Source of the DNA: an uncultured bacterium
GTDB taxonomy: Bacteria > Verrucomicrobiota > Kiritimatiellia > PWTM01
NCBI GenBank assembly: GCA_937935255.1
Contig: CALGXT010000076.1
Span: forward strand, 1,658-65,657
DNA length: 64,000 nucleotides
Direction of reading: 5' to 3'
Part shown: positions 56,355-64,000 of the stretch, piece after piece
Position numbering within the stretch: the stretch's first letter is position 1
How the letters are laid out: each line of letters begins with the position of its first letter
Position numbers and translations under genes: made by a program
The notes under the pieces: model-generated
Told to the model about the DNA's origin: nothing
The model's database searches: none
What the model saw: the letters and a program-made list of their open reading frames with translations, nothing else

Positions 56355-59054
56355 CTACTCCGCGAGAAATTGGCGAAGGACGTAGGGGAGGATGCCGCCG
56401 TGGCGGAAATATTCCGCTTCGACGGTGGTGTCTATGCGCGCCTTTGCTTGGAAGCGAATTGCGCGGCGATCGGACTTGACGGCCTCCACTTCGATCATGC
56501 CGCCCGGCGTGAGGTCGGCAATGCCGCGAAGGTGAATCGTTTCGCTGCCGTTCAGTCCCAGTGAATCCGCGGTGGCCCCCGCGGGAAACTCCAAAGGCAG
56601 CAGACCCATCCCAACCAGATTGCTCCGGTGGATGCGTTCATAACTTTCGGCGATCACGGCGCGAACCCCGAGTAGCGCCGGCCCCTTCGCCGCCCAGTCG
56701 CGCGAAGAACCGGCGCCATACATTTTGCCGGCGAGCACCACCAGCGGGACGTTCTCGCGCCGGTACGCTTCCGCCGCGTCAAATATCGTCATAACAGCGC
56801 CATCCGGCCAATGCCTCGTCCAGCCGCCTTCACGATCGGCTAAACGATTGCGCAATCGCACGTTGGCGAATGCGCCTCGCATCAGCACTTCATGGTTGCC
56901 GCGCCGCGCGCCATACGAGTTGAAATCGGCGGGCGAGACACCCTGCTCGATGAGATAGCGCCCGGCGGGGCTATCCTTCGGAATCGAACCCGCCGGCGAG
57001 ATGTGGTCGGTGGTCACGAAATCGCCGAAATAGCCCAGCACGCGGGCGTTTTCGATATCGCCGCGAGGCGCAGGCGCCGGGGTGAAGTCGGCGAAAAACG
57101 GAGCTTCGCGGATATAGGTCGAATTCGCATCCCAGGCATAAACGTGGTTCTCCGTCCCTTTCAGCGCGTTCCACGCGGGACTCACATCGCTCAGCCGCCG
57201 GTAGGTGTCGAGGTAGTCTTCCGGGGATAGCGCCGACGCCACGGCGACGCGCAATTCGCTGTTATCCGGCCAGATATCGCGTAAATAGACGGGCTTGCCG
57301 TTCGTGTCTGTCCCCAAGGGTTCGTCGCCGAGATTGGCGCGGACCGTTCCGCGGAGCGCATACGCGATCACCAGCGGCGGCGAACAGAGGTAATTGGCGC
57401 GCGTGAGCGGATGGATGCGCCCTTCGAAGTTCCGGTTGCCGCTCAAAACCGCGGCGGCGACCAGGCCATTTTCACGAATCGCGCGCTCAATTTCGGGATC
57501 CAGCGGGCCGCTGTTGCCGATGCACGTGGCGCAGCCGTATGCGGCGACGTGAAAGCCCAGCGCTTCGAGATCGGCGAGCAACCCGGCTCGCCGCAAATAC
57601 GCAGTCACGGCGCGGGAGCCCGGCGCGAAGCTGGTCTTGACCTGCGGCGGCACGCGCAGCCCGCGCGCCCGCGCCTTGCGCGCCATCAGCGCCGCGCCGA
57701 TCATCAAGTCGGGGTTCGAAGTGTTCGTACAGCTTGTGATCGAGGCAATGACCACTGCGCCTTGTTCCAGCGCCCCCTGGGGGCCGAGGTCAACTCGACG
57801 GTTCGCCGCTTCCGGCGAAATACCGAATCCCTTGCGCTCGGCGGGCGCGGTCAGCGCGCGCTCGAATTCGCGCCCCACACGGGCCAGGGGAAGGCGGTCT
57901 TGCGGCCGCCGCGGTCCGGCGACGGAGGCCTCAACCCGATTGAGATCAATCTCCACGACGGCGGAATACTCGGGATCGGGCCGCCCGGGTTCCCGCCATA
58001 AGCCTTGCGCTTTGGCATACGCCTCGACGCGCGCGATGTGGGCGGGATCGCGCCCCGTTTCGCGCAGATAGGCGAGCGTGGAGGCGTCCATTGGGAAAAA
58101 CCCCATCGTCGCCCCATACTCCGGCGCCATGTTCGCCACCGGCGCGCGGTCGGCCAGGGGCAGCGTGTCCAGCCCCGGGCCAAAAAACTCCACGAAATGC
58201 CCCACCACGCCCTGGGCGCGCAATGTCTCTGTCACCGTCAACGCCAGGTCGGTCGCGGTGGCGGGGCTGCGCAGCCGCCCCACGAGCCGCACGCCCGTCA
58301 CCGGCGGCGGCGTGAGGGGGATGGGCTGCCCCAGCATCGCCGCTTCGGCCTCGATGCCGCCCACGCCCCAGCCGAGAATGCCCATGCTGTTGATCATCAC
58401 GGTATGCGAATCGGTGCCGACGACCGTGTCGGGCGCGGCGACGACGCGGCCTTCGGCGTCGCGCTCGTCAAACCGCACGCCCTCCGCGAGGTATTCCATG
58501 TTCACCTGATGGCAAATCCCCAATCCCGGCGGCAGCACGCGCAATCGGGCAAATGCTCGCTGTCCCCAGCGCAGAAACGCGTACCGCTCGGCATTGCGCT
58601 CAAACTCTTTTTCGATGTTCGCCTCGAACGCGCGCGCGGACCCCGCCTCGTCGAGTTGCACCGAATGGTCAATGACCAGATCCACGGGTATGAGCGGCTC
58701 GACGCGCCGAGGATCCCCGCCGGCGCGAGCCAGCGCGCCGCGCAGCGCCGCGAGATCCACTACGCACGGCACGCCGGTGAAATCCTGCAAAAGCACGCGC
58801 GCCGGCAAAAACGGTATCTCGCCGCCGCCGGGATTCGCCGGCGACCAGCGCGCGAGGCTTTCTACGTGTTCCGGCGCGAAGCCCGGCCGCTTCATTCCCT
58901 GTCCCCGCAACACCGTCTCCAGCAGGATGCGCAACGAATAGGGCAAACGAGCGATCCGTCCCCAGCCGAGCTCCTCGATGACGGCGATGCGATAATATCG
59001 AAAAGAACCGGATCCGGCTTCGAGCTCGGCCAGGGCGTTGGGAATCGTCTTCAT
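56355..59054 (-). CDS. acnA: Aconitate hydratase A
   Basis: RVLLQDFTGVP, LVIDHSVQ, GTDSHT, ITSCTNTSNP, GCATCIGNSG, TTDHISPAG, YGAGSSRDWAAKG. Confidence 0.97.
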   Translation of the reverse strand: MKTIPNALAELEAGSGSFRYYRIAVIEELGWGRIARLPYSLRILLETVLRGQGMKRPGFAPEHVESLARWSPANPGGGEIPFLPARVLLQDFTGVPCVVDLAALRGALARAGGDPRRVEPLIPVDLVIDHSVQLDEAGSARAFEANIEKEFERNAERYAFLRWGQRAFARLRVLPPGLGICHQVNMEYLAEGVRFDERDAEGRVVAAPDTVVGTDSHTVMINSMGILGWGVGGIEAEAAMLGQPIPLTPPPVTGVRLVGRLRSPATATDLALTVTETLRAQGVVGHFVEFFGPGLDTLPLADRAPVANMAPEYGATMGFFPMDASTLAYLRETGRDPAHIARVEAYAKAQGLWREPGRPDPEYSAVVEIDLNRVEASVAGPRRPQDRLPLARVGREFERALTAPAERKGFGISPEAANRRVDLGPQGALEQGAVVIASITSCTNTSNPDLMIGAALMARKARARGLRVPPQVKTSFAPGSRAVTAYLRRAGLLADLEALGFHVAAYGCATCIGNSGPLDPEIERAIRENGLVAAAVLSGNRNFEGRIHPLTRANYLCSPPLVIAYALRGTVRANLGDEPLGTDTNGKPVYLRDIWPDNSELRVAVASALSPEDYLDTYRRLSDVSPAWNALKGTENHVYAWDANSTYIREAPFFADFTPAPAPRGDIENARVLGYFGDFVTTDHISPAGSIPKDSPAGRYLIEQGVSPADFNSYGARRGNHEVLMRGAFANVRLRNRLADREGGWTRHWPDGAVMTIFDAAEAYRRENVPLVVLAGKMYGAGSSRDWAAKGPALLGVRAVIAESYERIHRSNLVGMGLLPLEFPAGATADSLGLNGSETIHLRGIADLTPGGMIEVEAVKSDRRAIRFQAKARIDTTVEAEYFRHGGILPYVLRQFLAE

Positions 59055-59144
59055 GAGAAAACCTTTCACAGGCAAAACGGCGCGCGATGATAGGGCGGGG
59101 CCGCCGATCCGTCAAACCCGGCCGCCATCGGAACTTGCGGTTTT

Positions 59145-59191
59145 TTCCAAGGCTTGGAAGAATGAGGCCGTCCATTTTCCAAACCTTGGAA
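59145..59191. repeat. Palindrome doublet TTCCAA-N3-TTGGAA, locus 4
   Basis: TTCCAAggcTTGGAA at 59145-59159 and TTCCAAaccTTGGAA at 59177-59191, between the divergent acnA and ROK genes. Confidence 0.9.
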
Positions 59192-59224
59192 AAAGCGGCG
59201 TCCGACGCCGGGAAGCGGAACACG

Positions 59225-60202
59225 ATGGCGACAGCGAATCTGAAAAAAGCGGTGGGCATTGATTTCGGCGGGACGGAAACCAAACTGGCGCGCGTCAACG
59301 AGCGCGGCAAGGCCGAAGCCGCCGCCTCGTTTCCCACCGCGGAAGCGCCGGGCCCGGATGCCTGGATCGCGGCGGTCGCGGCGGCGCTACCGCAGCTGGG
59401 CTTATCGAACGAGCCGGAAACGTTGCGGCGTGAAATCGTCGGCATCGGGATCGGCGCGCCGGGCTTCACGGATTTCGAGCGCGGCTATATTTACGATCTC
59501 ACGAATGTGCCCGGCTGGAAGGCCGTGCCGTTGGCCGATCGAATGGAAGCTCGGTTCGGCGTGCGCACACGGGTGGACAACGACGTCAACGCCATGGCGA
59601 TGGGCGAATGCACATTCGGCGTCGGACGCCTCTATCAGCACGCGGTGTTTGTCACCCTCGGCACGGGCGTCGGCGGCGGCTTGCTGATCCACAATCGGAT
59701 CTATCGCGGCGCGCACTCGATGGCGGGCGAGATCGGCCACGTCTCCATTGACCTCAACGGCATCCGCTCGCCGCAGGGGGTGGGAGGGCTGGAACAATAT
59801 GTCGGCAACCGCGCGATCGTCGAGCGCGCCGCGGCGGCGTTGCGCGCCGGCCGCGCGAGCGCCTTGCGCGAGCGTTACGCCGGCGACTTTTCCCGCCTCA
59901 CTCCGCGCGACATTGCCGCCGCGGCGACCGCGGGCGACGCATTGGCGCTCGAGGTTTTCGATTTCGTGGCCCTCTGTCTCGCGACCGCCTTCGCCTCCAT
60001 CGCCTATCTGCTGCAACCGCAGGTCATCATTGTCGGCGGCGGCGTGGCGCAAGCCGGGCCGGTGCTTTTCGATCCGCTCCGGCGGCATTTGAAAGACCGG
60101 CTTTCGCCCTTGTTTTACGACCGCATGGATGTGCGGCCCGCGGCGCTCGGGGCGGCGGCGGGCGTCATCGGCTGCGCAGCGCTTGCGCTGGCGGAGTCTT
60201 GA
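59225..60202 (+). CDS. ROK-family sugar kinase (glucokinase-like)
   Basis: GIDFGGT; GIGIGAPG; DNDVNA; TLGTGVGGG; AGEIGH; no N-terminal HTH. Confidence 0.92.
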   Translation: MATANLKKAVGIDFGGTETKLARVNERGKAEAAASFPTAEAPGPDAWIAAVAAALPQLGLSNEPETLRREIVGIGIGAPGFTDFERGYIYDLTNVPGWKAVPLADRMEARFGVRTRVDNDVNAMAMGECTFGVGRLYQHAVFVTLGTGVGGGLLIHNRIYRGAHSMAGEIGHVSIDLNGIRSPQGVGGLEQYVGNRAIVERAAAALRAGRASALRERYAGDFSRLTPRDIAAAATAGDALALEVFDFVALCLATAFASIAYLLQPQVIIVGGGVAQAGPVLFDPLRRHLKDRLSPLFYDRMDVRPAALGAAAGVIGCAALALAES

Positions 60203-60207
60203 CGTTT

Positions 60208-60235
60208 TTGACAAACTTTTTTGCGGCGGTATGTT
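60208..60235 (+). promoter_or_regulatory. Sigma70 promoter, probably producing a leaderless mRNA
   Basis: TTGACA-N16-TATGTT ending 5 nt before ATG 60241; no Shine-Dalgarno sequence. Confidence 0.55.
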
Positions 60236-60240
60236 GAGCA

Positions 60241-61365
60241 ATGAGAATATACCGCCCGTCGGCGCGCCTTGCGGCTGTTTCGCTTCTCTTCGCCGTCCCG
60301 GTGTGGAAAGCGACCGCGGACGAGAGATCAACGCCAACGCCTCTCGAATCCGGCGCGATGTCCGAGGGTCATTTTCCGGCGCCATCCAGCTCGCCCGCCG
60401 CTCCGAGTCCGGCCTCCACGCCGTCGGCCCCCGCCTCGGTGAATCCTTCCGGCTTCGCCGGCAGCCATGTTTCTTTCGGTCTCGCGGATGGGCTCATTCG
60501 CGTGGCGCGCGGCGGCGAGTGGCTGCTGCTGGCCAACCCGCGTTTCATGGCCAGCGACGACGACGAGCAACTTTATGGTTTGGGTTTCATTTTCCGCCGC
60601 CGTCCCGGCGAGGGTATTCGCCAATCGCTCTTTCTCCGGTTCGATGTGCGAAACACGCCGGGCGACAATTGGTACACCACGACCTCCGGCGGGTTTGAGC
60701 ATCGCGGCGCCCTATGGACCGGGCGTCTGCGCGGCTTCATTTCGCCGCATGGCGCCGACGTGGTCGAGCGGCGCATCGAGGAGGAGGAAGTCCGGCGTCC
60801 CGACGGTTCCACCGACACGATCCGCCGAACCTTCGAGCGGCTGGAAATTCCGCTGACCGGCGCCGAAGCCGAGGGCGGTCTTCGCATCCCGTTGCCGCCC
60901 TTTTTGGGCGACCTGCGGATTTTCGGCGGCGCGCATTATCGCGACGGTCCGAGTTTCGATGCGCAGTCGGGTTGGTTGACGCGGACGGAATACCGGCCGC
61001 GGGAGCGGTTCTCGTTCGAATTCGCGGCCTACTTCAACCGGGATTTTACGGAAGTCGAGTACCTCTTCGGGGTTCGCGCCATTTTCCCGTTCGGAACCGG
61101 CGGCGGAGGAAACGGCAAATCCATGGGCGGCGAACACTTCTGGTTCGAGCCGCCGCCGTTCAACCCCCGCGCGGTTTCGGGGAAAAGCGCCTCGGCCCGC
61201 CGCAGCAAGGAACAGGTCGTCGGCACGAAACCGCCGCCGCCGCCGCCATCCATGGCGCCGAAGTTCGACGGCGATCAACCCTCCGATCCCGATTTGCCCC
61301 CCGATACCGAACCGCCCGACGGCCCGGATTTGCCGTATGATCCGGATTCTCCGGACTGGAGATAA
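60241..61365 (+). CDS. Outer-membrane beta-barrel resembling the inverse autotransporter (intimin/invasin) beta domain, with Pro-rich ends
   Basis: Signal peptide; alternating beta strands YGLGFIFRR, TSGGFEH…WTGRLRGF, LTGAEAEGGLRIP, LRIFGGAHY, YLFGVRAIFPFG. Confidence 0.6.
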   Translation: MRIYRPSARLAAVSLLFAVPVWKATADERSTPTPLESGAMSEGHFPAPSSSPAAPSPASTPSAPASVNPSGFAGSHVSFGLADGLIRVARGGEWLLLANPRFMASDDDEQLYGLGFIFRRRPGEGIRQSLFLRFDVRNTPGDNWYTTTSGGFEHRGALWTGRLRGFISPHGADVVERRIEEEEVRRPDGSTDTIRRTFERLEIPLTGAEAEGGLRIPLPPFLGDLRIFGGAHYRDGPSFDAQSGWLTRTEYRPRERFSFEFAAYFNRDFTEVEYLFGVRAIFPFGTGGGGNGKSMGGEHFWFEPPPFNPRAVSGKSASARRSKEQVVGTKPPPPPPSMAPKFDGDQPSDPDLPPDTEPPDGPDLPYDPDSPDWR

Positions 61366-61691
61366 GAAGAACAAAAGGAAAAAGCGCAGGGAAAAGCTCG
61401 ACGGCGCGCAAACGATTCTCAGCGGCTGAAATTGAGAATCACAACATTCGTTTCAGCGCCCACGCGGCGGGAAGCAGCAGCGCCAGCAAAGAGCCGGCGA
61501 ATCGGAAAAGCGAAAAGCTCCGCCGCCGAACGAGACACCGCGGCGGCGGCAAGCCCGGGCGACTCCGGTAAAGAGAGCCCGCCTGGGCGTGAGAGCCTCC
61601 ATAAATATCGCCGATGCTTCTGGCGTTCATGCCGCTTCTCATCCTCAAAGCACGCCAGAACATACATCGGATTATGTCTGCCGCAAGCGAC

Positions 61692-62111
61692 TCAACCGTT
61701 TTCTAACAGACGCATCGCCTTCTCGATGTCGTCCACCCGCGCGATGACCATCCCTACGGGCACCCTCGGGCTGCTGGCGCAATAACAGTACTCGATGTTC
61801 ACGCCATTCGCGCCCCACAGCTCCGCGACGGCGCCCAGACCGCCCGGACGGTTGCCGATCTCCAGCCACAACACTTCTTTTTCGAAGAATAGATGGCCTT
61901 CTTTCCGCAGAACCTCCATCGCCCGGTCCGGCGCATCGGTGACCATCCGGACGTAGCCATGCTCGATGCCCTCGGCCAGCGTCAGCGCGTAAATATTGAC
62001 GCCGGCATCGCCGAGCAACCGGCAGACGCGCCCCAACGTTCCCGGCCTGTCTTCCAGAAAGACGGAAATCTGTCGTCCCTTCGAGAACTCGATTCCTTTG
62101 CCTTTGTTCAT
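61692..62111 (-). CDS. Tandem ACT-domain protein
   Basis: QISVFLEDRPGTL…GVNI; NRPGGL…GVNIEYCY. Confidence 0.92.
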   Translation of the reverse strand: MNKGKGIEFSKGRQISVFLEDRPGTLGRVCRLLGDAGVNIYALTLAEGIEHGYVRMVTDAPDRAMEVLRKEGHLFFEKEVLWLEIGNRPGGLGAVAELWGANGVNIEYCYCASSPRVPVGMVIARVDDIEKAMRLLENG

Positions 62112-62335
62112 CGCACCCTCTCCCGAAACGGCGGCCTGCCGCGCGCCCCTCTTTTACACGCCGGTTATGGGGACAGGCAAGCGATCAGGTGAATGCGGCG
62201 GAAGGGAGCGGCCCTTTGCTTCGGTTGAAGCGGCAGATATTGGGACACGGATATAGGGACAGGCAATTTTCCGCCGGGGCTTCAGGCATGTTCGTGCGTG
62301 ACGGCGCCGCGGCCAAAAGGCAGACTGCGGCCCGC

Positions 62336-63916
62336 ATGAACGAGCGAATGCAACGCCGTCGCCGAGCGCGCCGGTTTTTTGGGCGCTGCTGCGGTCTTCT
62401 CGCGGTCGCCCTGCCTTGGATGCGCGGCGAGCGGCCTTTGCCGCCCGGCGTTTCCCTCGCGGGGCCGCCGCGCCCGCTGGGAGCCGATGGCGCCCGACTG
62501 TTGCTCGACCGCACGGTGTGGGACCCCGACACCGCTGCGCGCCGCATCGAGCAGGAAATCTTCGAAACCGTTTTGCGCCGGATTGGGGAAGCGCGCCGCC
62601 TGCTGGTCATGGATTGGTTTCTTTGGAACGGCTGGCGGGGCCGCGGCGCGGAGTTTCATCGCGATATTTCCGCCGAACTCACAGCGGCGCTGATCGAAAA
62701 ACGGCGCGCTTCGCCGGATATGGATCTGCTCGTTCTGACCGACCCGATCAACCGCATTTACGACGGGCATGAGGCGGCGGACCTTCGCGCGCTGCGGGAC
62801 GCCGGCATCCCGGTGGTGTATACGGATGTCAACCGTTTGCGCCCCACCAACCGGGTGTTCACGCCGCCGGCCGAATTCTTCGCTCCGTTGTTCTCGCGCG
62901 TCGGACCCCTGCGCCGATGGGCCGACCGGCCTCGCATCAAAAACCCGTTCGATATCGCGGAACCGCCGATCAGCGCGCGCCAGATGGCGCGGCTTCTGCA
63001 TTTTCGGGCCAATCATCGCAAACTTCTGGTGGCGGACGACGAATCCGGCGCGCTGCGCTTGCTCATCGGCAGTTTTAATCCCTCCAGCGCCAGTTCCGCC
63101 CATGTCAACGTAGCGCTGGAATGCGGGGGCCCCGTTGCGTTGGACGCGTTGGCGTCCGAACTGGCTGTCATCGAATGGTCGCTGGCCGGCGACTATGCGC
63201 CGCCGGCCGCCGAAACGCAGCGGGCGCGGGAGACCCTCGATCGCATTCGCCGGCGCTGTCTCGCGGAAATCGCGGCGCTGCCGGCGGCCGACGCCCAAGT
63301 CGAAGGCCCCCGCGTTCAATGGCTCGGCGAAGGGGCCATTCACCGCCGGCTGCTGGAGCGGTTGGACGCCCTGAGGTCGGGCGACGAGGCGCGGGTGGCC
63401 TTGTTTTATCTCTCGGATCGGGCCGTCTTGCGCGCGTTGCGCGGCGCCGCCCGGCGCGGCGCCCGTATTCGCCTGATTCTCGATCCCAATCGGGACGCCT
63501 TCGGCCTTGAGAAAAACGGCATCCCCAATCGTCCGCTCGCCGCGGGACTCGCGGCCTACGGCGCGCGCGCGGGGCGAAATCTGATGATCCGGTGGGCGGA
63601 CACGCACGGCGAGCAATTCCATGCGAAAGCCGTCCTTTTCACCTTCGCGGACGGCCCGCCGGAGCTGTTGGCCGGCTCGGCCAATTGGACTTCGCGCAAT
63701 TTGCGCGACCGTAACCTGGAGGCCAATGTGTTGGTGATCGGCGACGCCGCCGTCGCCGCGCGTTTCGCGGATGCGTTCGACGCGGCCTGGGAAAATCGCC
63801 CGGGCGGACTTTGCCGAACGCGCGAATATGCCGCCTTCGCCGAATCGCCCGCTGCGCGCCTCTGGAAAGCGCCGCTGGGTTATCTCCAGGAGGTCACCGG
63901 CGCTTCGTCCTTTTGA
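62336..63916 (+). CDS. Phospholipase D superfamily protein
   Basis: ANHRKLLVAD…GSFNP; QFHAK…GSANWTSRNL…NLE; DAFG.EKNGIPNRP; start uncertain. Confidence 0.88.
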   Translation: MNERMQRRRRARRFFGRCCGLLAVALPWMRGERPLPPGVSLAGPPRPLGADGARLLLDRTVWDPDTAARRIEQEIFETVLRRIGEARRLLVMDWFLWNGWRGRGAEFHRDISAELTAALIEKRRASPDMDLLVLTDPINRIYDGHEAADLRALRDAGIPVVYTDVNRLRPTNRVFTPPAEFFAPLFSRVGPLRRWADRPRIKNPFDIAEPPISARQMARLLHFRANHRKLLVADDESGALRLLIGSFNPSSASSAHVNVALECGGPVALDALASELAVIEWSLAGDYAPPAAETQRARETLDRIRRRCLAEIAALPAADAQVEGPRVQWLGEGAIHRRLLERLDALRSGDEARVALFYLSDRAVLRALRGAARRGARIRLILDPNRDAFGLEKNGIPNRPLAAGLAAYGARAGRNLMIRWADTHGEQFHAKAVLFTFADGPPELLAGSANWTSRNLRDRNLEANVLVIGDAAVAARFADAFDAAWENRPGGLCRTREYAAFAESPAARLWKAPLGYLQEVTGASSF

Positions 63917-64000
63917 ATCGTTTCGACGCGCCGGCGGCGCGGGTTCGCGCCAAGCGATCGCGGCCGGATCGGCTATGTTCGCGGCGGGTGCACTCGCCGC

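Noticed and set aside
61414..61440. Fur-like box GATTCTCA-N11-TGAGAATC
   Set aside because: Half-sites have the wrong orientation and spacing, and the site lies between convergent genes; more likely a 3' hairpin.

Overview
High-GC bacterial chromosomal window. PEP-CTERM, prepilin-type H-X9-DG and type-2 IleRS genes suggest the PVC superphylum, possibly Kiritimatiellota (inference). It holds about 45 genes in five blocks: (1) a lipid-linked sugar transfer cluster (GT2, GT-C, SDR), an Fe3+-type ABC transporter with a coupled secreted protein, ileS and an ECF/anti-sigma triad; (2) a ~23 kb glycan-utilisation locus (16242-39247) with no susC/susD, containing GH94, several unassigned glycosidase-like proteins, a nucleoside hydrolase, an FAD oxidoreductase, a PEP-CTERM protein, LacI, a prepilin-type protein and GH4, with a shared 13-bp candidate operator upstream of both outward-facing arms; (3) comF-accD; (4) a 13-gene surface polysaccharide operon followed by a decayed RHS-core fragment; (5) acnA, a ROK kinase, a passenger-less inverse-autotransporter-like barrel, an ACT protein and a PLD. 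Intergenic DNA carries several repeat families, most strikingly TTCCAA-N3-TTGGAA palindromes that always occur as doublets 31-32 bp apart. No rRNA, tRNA, CRISPR array, integrase or transposase was recognised. All calls are by eye from motifs; start codons were chosen manually and no searches were run.
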